This document shows, piece after piece, positions 10,527 through 20,812 of a DNA stretch of 64,000 nt. Source of the DNA: Trypanosoma brucei. Taxonomy: Eukaryota. The position numbers and the translations under genes are program-made. Numbering within the stretch: the first letter of the stretch is position 1; each line of letters starts with the position of its first letter. The stretch spans positions 1,472,001-1,536,000 of the forward strand of contig CP000067.1 in NCBI GenBank assembly GCA_000002445.1, read 5' to 3'. Below the pieces are notes generated by a model. The model had not been told where the DNA came from and did no database searches. It was given only the letters and a program-made list of their open reading frames with translations.

Positions 10527-12053
10527 ATGGAAAGTCGACCCGATACCAAAGGAATGTGCCACGCGACAGTGGCAGCAACTGTTCCAGTATTATTCATGAC
10601 GCTGATGAGGTGCGGCATGGCGCAAACAGTAACGGAACCGTCTTCGGACAAAGTAACAAACCTCTGTACAGAGGCCAAGTATACGGAATATTTGGCGAGT
10701 CGAATCGTAGCGGTAGCAGAGAGGCAGGAGCGCGAAATATCCGACATGCAAATTTATTCAGAGGCATGGAATCTCCTTGCCGCCAGCACAAACCAAACAG
10801 ACAAGCGTGCCGCGACATATGCCCTTGCTACGTACATGTCCACCGCGGCGGAAACAGCAAGGCGGGCACACGCTGGGAAATACAAAGCAGCAGTGGCAAC
10901 TGCGAAGTTGCTACACAGGAGGTCGGCGCTAACGCGTACGTTGCTAACGATGAGAATCCGGGGAAAGACAATAGTTGGAATAAGCAAAGAGGCCAACGGC
11001 ATAGGAATATGCCCTGGTGAAGCAACACCAACATTAAGCGGCGACAGTAGTTGCGCGCACCGAACCAATGACAGCAACCAACCAGAAGGTATTGCTGTGA
11101 ACTTGAAGGCAGCGACGCACATAAAATTGCTAAATAGCAGTGCACTAAGACCTCGGGGGTTAACCCATCTAGTTGAGATAAAAGAAACGAAGTGGCCAGC
11201 AAGCAGAGAAGCATTAGTCGAGAGGTGCGGGGGCTTGTTGGGAGGTGACCATTATGTTAAATTCGAAGCATCAACCACAGGAGAAGACAGCAAAATCATA
11301 GTAGAGCCGATTAAGATATTTGAGGGTGACGATGCGGAGAAAAACTGCGCTGTCGTACAGAAAGAATCTATGAAATCAGAAAAGGACAATGATCTACTGA
11401 TCAACAAAATATGCACCTACATAACAATACTCGACCCGCAGATTATAACCATATCCAGTTTGACGCCTGCCATGTTAGCAAACACGAGCACAGTCCAAAT
11501 GGCGTTCAAAAGCTTCGTTCATGCAGCAACCGGTAAAGCACCTAGCGACGGCGAAATCGAGTTGCAACTTAAGAGCCTTTACGGTGGGGACAAGCAAAAC
11601 TTCACCAGAGACTTCGTAAAAATTCTGTGGACGAAGAACGTGACATACCACACGGGCGCAGGATTCAAAACTGAGACGCTCCTTGATGCGGTTAGAAACA
11701 AAAACGCACAGAGGGCTCTAATCTATCTGGAAGATCAAAGACCAGCAGAGGAGTCAAAACAGACACAAACGGACGAGAGTGAAATCAACGGCCCGGTCTG
11801 CGGAGGTGAGGGCCAAGAGGAGTGCAAATTGGATGAAAAGAAAGACCCGGAGAAACCGAACGGAACTCAAATGCGGAAATGGCCTAAAGCACTCCAGTGG
11901 ATGATCACACGACAAGGAGGAAATTGCAAAACAATACAGCAAGAAGATTGTAAAGAAGACTGTACATGGGATGAGGGAGCTTGTGACGGCGCAGTTGGCA
12001 TTTCTGCTTCGATGAATATTTCTCTGTTCATGGCATTTTTGCTTCTAGCATAA
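10527..12053 (+). CDS. VSG-related / atypical VSG-like surface glycoprotein, array copy 3 (type B). Protein identical to copy 2; upstream in-frame ATG at 10431.
   Basis: ORF translation is identical to copy 2. The only nucleotide difference seen in the CDS is a synonymous GGA/GGG at 8127 vs 10874. Confidence 0.65.
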   Translation: MESRPDTKGMCHATVAATVPVLFMTLMRCGMAQTVTEPSSDKVTNLCTEAKYTEYLASRIVAVAERQEREISDMQIYSEAWNLLAASTNQTDKRAATYALATYMSTAAETARRAHAGKYKAAVATAKLLHRRSALTRTLLTMRIRGKTIVGISKEANGIGICPGEATPTLSGDSSCAHRTNDSNQPEGIAVNLKAATHIKLLNSSALRPRGLTHLVEIKETKWPASREALVERCGGLLGGDHYVKFEASTTGEDSKIIVEPIKIFEGDDAEKNCAVVQKESMKSEKDNDLLINKICTYITILDPQIITISSLTPAMLANTSTVQMAFKSFVHAATGKAPSDGEIELQLKSLYGGDKQNFTRDFVKILWTKNVTYHTGAGFKTETLLDAVRNKNAQRALIYLEDQRPAEESKQTQTDESEINGPVCGGEGQEECKLDEKKDPEKPNGTQMRKWPKALQWMITRQGGNCKTIQQEDCKEDCTWDEGACDGAVGISASMNISLFMAFLLLA

Positions 12054-13238
12054 AAACTTATTGGAAATACTTTATTGTAGCAAACATTAATTTTTTTCTG
12101 GAAATATCTTAATGTAGTGGAATATGCATTTTTATGGAAAGATCTTATTATACGAAACCGTATCTTTGTTGAATTATCTTGGATAAATTTACATTCATCT
12201 TGGAAATATTTTATACAATTCTTAAATGTGCGTTTGTATTTCAACGCTTTTTGCAAACATGTGGAAATTTTGAGAGATCTTTTTTGTTGTTGTACAAATT
12301 TGATGTTTGAATGTAAAGTGATATGTTGATGGAGTGTCAAAAGTGGGTGCCATTAGGATTTTTACTATTATGGTTTATTCAATTAATTTTATGTTTACCT
12401 TTGAAAATGTAAATATATGCAAATCTTCTCCGGTGTTGTGGCCGGGGAGTATAATGTAGTATGGTAACGGTTTACGAATGAGAAATGAGTGCTATTCTGA
12501 AATTTTCTGTTTCGGTTTATTTGGTGTATCGTATGGATGTTAGTCAAGGTTATAAAAGTAATGGTAAGAGTGGTTGGAGTGACGATTAGGATGTTGGTAC
12601 ATTTGAATAACAAGGTCTTCCAAGGGAGGAAGAGATATGTATAAAGTACTGAAGGGCTGCAGAGGTGTTGTGTTAGGCATGATTGTGCACGGGAAGGAGT
12701 TGCTGCCGAAGCTTCTGATATACATGTGTTTCCAGAAACGATCAAATGCTGCGGAGCTTACGTGGGAAGAAAGTTTCGGAAGAGTTATGGGATGAGGGAA
12801 ATTCCCACTGCATTGTTTGAGCAGATTCACAACATGATAAGTGGAAGGTTGGTTGGAGAAGTGCGCAGGTACGCCACACCCAGTTGGCAAGAGATTGCAA
12901 TAGTCGGGTGCATGCCGGGAGTGATGACCCCACTGATAGTCAGGTCGCTAATAACGCTGAGGTTTGGAAAAAGCACACCTGAATTGATTTATCGGTGTAT
13001 CGAAGATCGAAAACATGATTAAGGCTCCCCAGTTACTGCATTCCCTCAAGGGGTTGCCGTTAAAAATATTTTTGTGCAAACTGTTTAAGTTATTATTGGG
13101 ACAACCGCTCTCTATTGCGGAACCACAAATTTCATCTATGACATACCTATAAATAAAAAGCCAAGTTCCAATCATCATCAACAACGAAGATAAAGGCACA
13201 AAGGCAACGAAACACATTACACGGAGGGAAAGGAGCCG

Positions 13239-14768
13239 ATGCAAGTTCAACGCACTACCAAAGAAGTGTTGCACAAAGCTGTTGCAGCAGCCGTGCCCGT
13301 GTTATTCATGACGCTGATGAGGTGCGGCATGGCGCAAACAGTAACGGAACCGTCTTCGGACAAAGTAACAAACCTCTGTACAGAGGCCAAGTATACAGCC
13401 CATCTGGCAGATCACATCGTAGCGGCGGCAGAAGAGCCGGAGCGCGAAATATCCGACATGCAAATTTATGCAGAGGCATGGAATCTCCTTGCAGCCAGCA
13501 CAAACCAAACAGACAAGCGTGCCGCGACATATGCCCTTGCCACGTACATGTCCACTGCGGCGGCAAAAGCAAAGCAGCTGCAAAACGGGAAATACAAAGC
13601 AGCAGTCTTGGCCGCTACCTACCTGCAAAGGAGATCAGCGCTGACACGAACATTGCAAGCTATGCGTGTAAAGGGACAGTCAGGAGCGGGACAAGTCACT
13701 AACCGACAAGGCGTCATCTCATCATGTTCACACAAGGAAACACCGACGTTAAGCGACGAAGGGGATTGCGGGCGACAAGGCAGTGATGCCAACCATCCAG
13801 AATCAATTGCCGTAAATTTAAGGACAGCGACTCACCTCAAACTGTTAGACAGCAGCAGGCTAAGACCGCTAGCGTTAAATCACTTAGCCGAAGTAGAAGG
13901 AACAGCGCCACCAGCAAAAACGGAAGTACAAGCCGAAGGCTGCAAGGCTGTGATAAGCATTGGCTATTATGCTAAATTCACAGCATCGACAAAAGAAAGT
14001 GACGACAACAGTGAAGTCAAAGCCATTAAGATATTCGCGGGTGACAATGCAAGTACAAATTGCGCTCTTCTGCACAACGCCGAAAGGAAATCAGAAAAGG
14101 ATAACGACCTACTGATCAACAAAATATGCAACTACATAAACAAACCTGATCCTCAGATAATAACCATATCCAATTTGACGCCTGCCATGTTAGCAAACAC
14201 GAGCACAGTCCAAATGGCGTTCAAAAGCTTCGTTCATGCAGCAACCGGTAAAGCACCTAGCGACGGCGAAATCGAAAACCAGCTTAAGAGCCTTTACGGA
14301 GGGGATGAGGTGACATTTACCAATGACTTCATAAAAATTCTGTGGACGAAGAACGTGACGTACCACACTGGCTCAGGATTCGTAACTGAGACATTTCTTG
14401 ATGCAGCTAAAAACGAAAACGCGCACAAGGTGCTCATCTATCTAAAAGGTCAAAGAGCGGCAGCACAGGCAAAACAACCAAGGACAAACGAGAGTGAAAT
14501 CAACGGCCCGGTCTGCGGAGGTGAGGGCCAAGAGGAGTGCAAATTGGATGAAAAGAAAGACCCGGAGAAACCGAACGGAACTCAAATGCGGAAATGGCCT
14601 AAAGCACTCCAGTGGATGATCACACGACAAGGAGGAAATTGCAAAACAATACAGCAAGAAGATTGTAAAGAAGACTGTACATGGGATGAGGGAGCTTGTG
14701 ACGGCGCAGTTGGCATTTCTGCTTCGATGAATATTTCTCTGTTCATGGCATTTTTGCTTCTAGCATAA
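13239..14768 (+). CDS. VSG-related / atypical VSG-like surface glycoprotein, array copy 4 (type A with type-B segments, mosaic), 509 aa
   Basis: Complete ORF. The N-terminal 140 aa and the upstream region match copy 1. One internal block (TPAMLANTSTVQMAFKSFVHAATGKAPSDGEIE) matches copies 2/3 rather than copy 1. The C-terminal 120 aa is shared by all copies. Confidence 0.7.
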   Translation: MQVQRTTKEVLHKAVAAAVPVLFMTLMRCGMAQTVTEPSSDKVTNLCTEAKYTAHLADHIVAAAEEPEREISDMQIYAEAWNLLAASTNQTDKRAATYALATYMSTAAAKAKQLQNGKYKAAVLAATYLQRRSALTRTLQAMRVKGQSGAGQVTNRQGVISSCSHKETPTLSDEGDCGRQGSDANHPESIAVNLRTATHLKLLDSSRLRPLALNHLAEVEGTAPPAKTEVQAEGCKAVISIGYYAKFTASTKESDDNSEVKAIKIFAGDNASTNCALLHNAERKSEKDNDLLINKICNYINKPDPQIITISNLTPAMLANTSTVQMAFKSFVHAATGKAPSDGEIENQLKSLYGGDEVTFTNDFIKILWTKNVTYHTGSGFVTETFLDAAKNENAHKVLIYLKGQRAAAQAKQPRTNESEINGPVCGGEGQEECKLDEKKDPEKPNGTQMRKWPKALQWMITRQGGNCKTIQQEDCKEDCTWDEGACDGAVGISASMNISLFMAFLLLA

Positions 14769-15549
14769 AAACTTATTGGAAATACTTTATTGTAGCAAAC
14801 ATTAATTTTTTTCTGGAAATATCTTAATGTAGTGGAATATGCATTTTTATGGAAAGATCTTATTATACGAAACCGTATCTTTGTTGAATTATCTTGGATA
14901 AATTTACATTCATCTTGGAAATATTTTATACAATTCTTAAATGTGCGTTTGTATTTCAACGCTTTTTGCAAACATGTGGAAATTTTGAGAGATCTTTTTT
15001 GTTGTTGTACAAATTTGATGTTTGAATGTAAAGTGATATGTTGGTGGAATGTCGAAAATGGTTGCTATTTAGAATATTTTTGCTATTATGGTTTATTCGA
15101 AGAAATTTATGTTTACCTTTGAAGATGTGAAAATGTTTAAATGTTTTCAAATGTTTTTGACTTGTGGGTATAACGTGGTAAAGTGATAGGGGTGTGAAAA
15201 ATGAGTGTGATTATGAAAACTTGCCATTTTGGTTTATTTTTTTGTAATAGATATTAAGAGTAGTTTAAGGTTATGATATTAATAGCAGTATAGTAATAGT
15301 GTGTGTGCCATATAAGTGCACATACTAACATTATGGTAAGAGTGGTGGTGCAGAACGACTGGAGACAAAATAGAAGCAGTTAAGCTGATGCCAAGGGCAC
15401 AGTGGGAGTTAGCAAGTGAGTGGGAGAGGAAGAGGACGAGGAGGATATTATTAAAACAAAAGCAGAAACACAGGTAGATGGAGAGAAAAGGTAATGAAAT
15501 ATGCGCAGTTTTTTTCATTGTACATTTATCCTGCTCGTGCTGCGGTAGA

Positions 15550-17905
15550 CTAGCTACTGCCCCTGTGGCTCTGCAAATTAGCAGGGGATGTTTAGCGCAA
15601 CCGCAATTTCATCTTCACTTGATCCAATGATACCTTGAAACTGATTGAGTATTCTGTAGATTTAGCTTCACGGGTACGTTTACGCATGGCTCTTGCAGTG
15701 CCAACCCCTAAAGACTTCGCTGCCGCAGAGTGGTGGTCAGTGGAATCCAACTCCGTTGGCGATCGGTGCCTCTTCACGGCTCAAGTGGGCCCAGATTTTT
15801 TCTCTAAGATTGGGGGGGGGGAGATGGTCTCTCTAGCTTGAAGAGCTCCTTCAGGAAGCTGGCTAGTTGTGTGCTGAAGAACACTTCCCCGTTCTTCAGG
15901 GTTTCTAGACCATGCTTTTCCCTTTAGCACTTGCAAGCTTGGGCATTCAAAGAGGTGCGCCGCAGCCTCGTTACACTCAACCTTCAGCAAGTAATGCTCA
16001 TTCTCCTTCCTCAGTTGGCCCTGCTTCGCCTGTATGTGCATCGTCAGGAACTTCTTTAGTGTGCAATTCATTGGGCAGTATGGGCACTGGAGTGATCTTT
16101 TCAGGAGAGGTGTCACCGCTACCGTGCCGTCCTTTAGTTTTCGTTTCACTGTCGTGGCGTGCGCGTATGCCAAACCAGTGAGCACCACTGCTTGTACACA
16201 CTGCTGTTTCCACCGCACACATTGTCCATTCCCTCTTTGCCTTCTGTGTGGCGGACTACCCGAAGACGCTTAGGCGGTCTTTCCCCATTGTCCCTTCCTG
16301 CTGACTCCAATGACTCACTCACCTCACTCTGTGCCTGAGCCTCTGCTCTCACTACCTTTCGCTTCGGCTTCACGCGTGGCTGAGGACGCAATGACTCGTC
16401 GTGACCCAGGTGCTTGGTCGGTATGCGTTGCGGTAACCATCTGTAATGATACTGCTTTCTACAAATGGAACACGCCACTGTAACTGACTGCTTCGCCACG
16501 TCCGAGTCTTCAGAGTTCGTGTTCGAGGTTGGTTCGTACTTGTGCCTGGTGGGCCATGTCTTGCTTTTGAGGACGCGTTGGCACCTGTAGCATACAAATT
16601 CCCTTTTATCCTGCTCCTCCTGCTCTGCCTCGCCATCACTACCGGACACGTCTTGTGGCTTCATAGCGCCGCGCGTTAACTGCTTTTCCGTGTGCTTCTG
16701 CAGCCACGCGTATACAGTGTACTTAATTGCGCACCAGCGGCACTTGAACGCTTTGCCATCATCGGCCCCATAATCCTCCCTAGCCCTTTTCGGACGCTCC
16801 TCCACGGCTGCCACTATATCTGAAAGTTGCTGTGCCATATGCTTCACGAGCAGCCCACGCCGCTCAAAGACATCGCACACATGTGACATCTGTACCCATT
16901 CTTATGCGTCTGCGCCGCACGCTTAGCTTTGTTGGTCAGAGCTAATGCACAATCCCTCTCCAGACCATGAATCTTCAGTAGGTGCACCACGCCAGCCTGT
17001 TGCCGCGCGCAAACCACGTTGCACAATGAGCAAATGATCGGGTCGATCAGCCTGGTTGCTATCCCAGGATCTGGTGCGTTCGCATTGTCCGCTGCTGACT
17101 CCGCCTCCGGGCGCTCTTCTGCTGTGTCGCTGCGTGGTTCCTGTGTGTCGCACCGTATGCATCCAAGCTGGTCCGTCTTGCGTGTGAGCGCCCTGTGGAG
17201 CCGTCCGAAATGCTTCGAGGTGCCTGTTCCGAACTGCGCCAGCACCGACTCGCCCAGACGCTCCAGCCTTGTGTGCTTCGGTGCGGCCCGAACGTAGTCG
17301 AGTAGCGCACTCCGATGCGTACGCTGCATGCGGCCCTTCTTGAAGGCCTTGTACATCGCATTCCAGACCTGTCACCACACACCCGTCGCTATGTCAGTGA
17401 TCCACGCGGGATACAACTACGGCTTTGCGTTTCCCTGCTCAGCTGCCTTGTCAGCTGCTTCATTTCGTGATGTTGGTAGCCAGCAACGCTAAAGCAAGCC
17501 GCCTCTCCAGGCGTCATTCTTGTCTCGCTCAACAGACAAAAGGCGATCCGCTCATCAACAAGGGTTTTGTGGAGTGCTAATCTCTTTCCTTGAGTTAGCC
17601 CGGCGCAGTTCCACTGCATCCCGCACAACGACGGGCCGGGATTCTCTTCCACATCACCGGACAGCAGCATCTTAGTGCGGATGATACTGCTGATGGCACG
17701 CTGGCACGTGCCCAGGGACCGACAAATGAAAAACGGTGTCCCAGCAAGACGCTGCTGATCCCTGTGCTGTATGATGCCGTAGCCGGAGCACAGCAGTGTT
17801 CCCCATGAGAAGAACGCTGCTGGCTCTTGGCTTCCCCCGATGATACGGGGTACTTGACCCTGGCACCACGTTGAGGTGGCCGGCATCTCTAGGGGTACTA
17901 TTACT
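15550..17905 (-). mobile_element. ingi/L1Tc-clade non-LTR retrotransposon remnant, internally deleted (5' region with 2A peptide and start of the AP-endonuclease domain joined to C-terminal C2H2 zinc-finger region; the RT domain is absent)
   Basis: Minus-strand ORF 17389-17886 encodes ...RTKMLLSGDVEENPGPSLCGMQWNCAGL..., a 2A-like motif followed by an APE-like start, as described for L1Tc/ingi. The 5' end (rc of 17,815-17,880) contains ...cctcaacgtggtgccagggtcaagtaccccgtatcatcgggggaagccaagagccagcagcg, consistent with the conserved 5' signature of ingi/RIME-type elements. ORFs 16844-17356, 16146-16889 and 15781-16218 carry repeated C-x2-C...H-x3-H motifs (FKCRWCAIKYTVYAWLQKH, FVCYRCQRVLKSKTWPTRH, CPYCPMNCTLKKFLTMH). 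Frameshifts occur between the ORFs. Exact ends are uncertain. Confidence 0.65.
17632..17655 (-). other. 2A-like self-processing peptide motif D-V-E-E-N-P-G-P within the retroelement ORF
   Basis: The reverse complement of 17632-17655 is gatgtggaagagaatcccggcccg = DVEENPGP, an exact match to the canonical 2A C-terminal consensus D(V/I)ExNPGP. Confidence 0.8.
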
Positions 17906-18217
17906 AGTTAACATATTTATGACAGTTTAATAAGATGATTCATTTTCATACTCTATTTGCCCATTATTTTGAAAAAATGTGCCACTTTCATAACAAAATG
18001 TTATACGTAAAATTCTAAATAATTTCTGTAGTTTATGCATTTTAATTAAATGCTTTTCAAATATATCATATTTTACCAAATATAGATAACTCTCTGTTAA
18101 TGGCAAATTTTGTGAAATAGAGCAAAATTCCTTAAAATAGAAATCCCACAAAATCAGCAGCGATTATAGCAAAATTTTATTTACAAAGAAAATTGAATTT
18201 TTGCAAGCATTATTTTC

Positions 18218-19567
18218 TCATTTACAATTCTGTCCCTTTGAGCACGCATCGTGATTGGCATGACTGGTGCAATTTACAACTTTGGCTTTACTATTTCTGC
18301 CTTTCTTTTCTCCTTTTTTGTCTGTTGCTTTTTTTTCCTTAGTTAAATCTTCTTCTGTTCTCTTTCTTTGTTGCTGTGCATGATAAAAACTGATTGCTGT
18401 TCCTGCTTCTTTTTTTGTTGCTAATTCCTCAAGGGTTCTGGTTGCCATCTTTTTAGAAGCTCTATACTTTAAAGGTTGCTTGTTCATCTTTGTGATAAAC
18501 TCGTCTGTAAATTTTTCATGGGTTTCACTGTAGGCCTTTGTTATGTATTCGACTAACTCGCTGTTTTACGTGCCATCGCTGAAGTCTTTGATGTTACTGA
18601 ACGCCGTATTGGCGTTACGGATTGCTGCTAATACGCTGGCGTCCGCTGCCAGTGCTCCTGGATTGATGTCGGCTAGTTTGGGCAGCGTCCGTGTCGCTTC
18701 CAGGTCCGCCATGCAGATCGTGTTTGGAAAATTTTTTGTTGCGTCTTTTTTGTCGGCGGTGGCTGTAAGCTTTTGGGCGCACCCCTTTTGGCGGTCGTCG
18801 TCTGTGAAGATGCTGGTCTCGGTTGGCTGGGGCTTGTCTTGCTCAGTCAGTTTAAACGTATTGCCGCCTCCTATGTTGCCGGTGCATGACGCCACCGTAG
18901 CTGCTGGCGAATCGTTTGTTGCACAGTTGTTGCCAGCTGCTGTTACTCTGACGGATGCCGTTTTTAGCAGTTTGTGAAGGTCACTTACTTTTTTCATTCT
19001 CAGTTTTTTCAGAGCCGTCGTCGCAAACGTTTTTGGCTTGGGTTTTACAGTGCTGACTTTTCAGGCTTCTTCGTCGCACGTACTTTATCGTTCGTTGGTT
19101 GCGCCATTCGTTATCGTGTAGCCGGTGTTCGCTGGAGCTGTGAAAGGGTTGCTGTTTGCTGCGTAAGTTGGTGTAGCCATTTTATACGCTGTTTGCAAAG
19201 CCTCCGCTCGCTGTGCGAACGCCTGCGCCGCCTGTCTGAGCTTAGCGGCTTTTTCCTTTCCTTTTTTCTCTGTTTCCGCGGCGACTGCCGTCGCTGATGC
19301 AGAAAGTGCTGCTAGTAAGGCGCTTCTTTCGTGTTTTATTTCTGTTTGTGCCTCTAAGTTCCAAATTAGTGCCTGTTTGTCGATTTGCCGATAAGCACTT
19401 TCCGCCTCAACTGCTCTTGCTTCGTAGGTATGTGCCACTGCTGCGGCGAATACCGCCTCCTGGCATGCTGTCTGAAGTTTGTCTTGGGCTGCGTCCCCCG
19501 TTGTTGAGACACTGAAATCTGCTATTGCCATTATGACAAAGACGAGGCAAATTCCGGTCCGCTGCAT
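18218..19567 (-). pseudogene. VSG pseudogene (A-type N-terminal domain; frameshifts; C-terminus truncated, no GPI signal)
   Basis: ORF 19085-19567 has a signal peptide plus VSG N-terminal heptad region. ORFs 18566-18997 and 18218-18487 continue in other frames and end ...CSKGQNCK-stop without a hydrophobic tail. A 3'UTR-like AT-rich tract with a TGATATAT 8-mer lies downstream, directly abutting the ingi remnant. Confidence 0.7.
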
Positions 19568-20494
19568 TTTCGTTTAATTACTTGTGCTTTGCTTTGTTTA
19601 GGGATCTTTGTTGGGAAATGGCTAGGTCGATTTTAAGTTGCTACTTATGTTGGTTTTTTAACTATAGCATTTCTCGGCTGACCACTATGGTCTTTGTGCA
19701 TCGGCTGCGCTTCTCCTTTGCCGCAGACAGCCTCTAAACCGTTATGTCGTGTTCGGATTTTTCGGTTTTCTGTTGTCCGTCGGCCCTGACTACGCCTTAT
19801 TTTTCGTTGCGGCCAGTTACAACCTATCATGCATATAGGTCCATGTTTGAAATATATTATTTTTTATATAACTAAAAGGATAATTTCAAAAATCCTCCAT
19901 TTCAACTCCTTTTTGGAATTTAACCACTTCTTATCCCAAATAAATTTTATTTATTCTATTAATCAGTATTGTCACATGACCTTAGTTTCTAACGTAGGGT
20001 CCCTCCATCAAGAAAAAAAAACCACCGTCTCTATTACCATTTTTACAGTATTATATCTTCATTTTTGAGTACTATAGGGTCATAACGAGCTACTACTTCT
20101 CATAATGACGCATCATTTCCTTTTGTGGTCCGCTGCGTTGTCGCATATTCTGTCATTACATACTGTTATTTTCGTTCCATTTTTTACTTTTATTTCTACT
20201 CCTTTCACTTAAGATAAGGTGGAGGGTCCATTTTCCTTGTACACTGCATTCTGGTTTATACATGATACCCCTTCATCGCCTTCTTGTGTATGATAATGAC
20301 TATTATCATATCTGTGTCTTAAGCTGCGTACATTCGATCTCCTTTTTCCTCTCTATGTTTCTGCTTCCCTTTAATAATAGTATTACTCGTGCCCTCACAC
20401 ACTCTCATACTAACTTACTTACTCTCATTTCGTCCTTGTCATTTCTGTAAGTGCTTGTGTTTTGTTCATCAATTTGGTCTTCACCACGACTCTT

Positions 20495-20570
20495 AGAATA
20501 ATATTAGTATACGCACACTCACAACACATTCTTATTATTATTGTTATTATTACCATCATCATAAAACAAT
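20495..20570 (-). repeat. 70-bp-repeat-like element upstream of the VSG pseudogene at 18218-19567
   Basis: The minus strand reads (ATA/ATG-type triplet run)...gaatgtgttgtgagtgtgcgtatactaatatt, matching the GTGTTGTGAGTGTGTATA core plus (TRR)n purine triplets of the VSG 70-bp repeat. Confidence 0.6.
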
Positions 20571-20812
20571 ATTAATAAAATAAACAAATAAACTAAATGA
20601 GAATATCAATAATTTTTCATACCCTATCACTCTACTGCTTTACACCGGTAAGTCGCTTTCATATAAAATTTGCTAAATTTTTACGTTTTCAAAATATTTG
20701 AATGTTTGAACAGTTTACAAATTTTAATCGAAAAGAGTTATAATATATCAAATCTTATCAAATTCTCTCACAATAGAAAGTTTCATAATTTTCATAAAAT
20801 TGAGCATAATCT

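Larger units (their letters stand above)
4880..15150 (+). repeat. Tandem array, 4 units of ~2.75 kb (period 2,747 bp between copies 2 and 3), each unit being one surface-glycoprotein gene plus ~1.2 kb of conserved AT-rich intergenic sequence
   Basis: ORF starts recur at 7684 and 10431. Intergenic blocks 6560-7680, 9307-10430 and 12054-12560 are near-identical. The last unit diverges after ~15,060. Confidence 0.9.
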
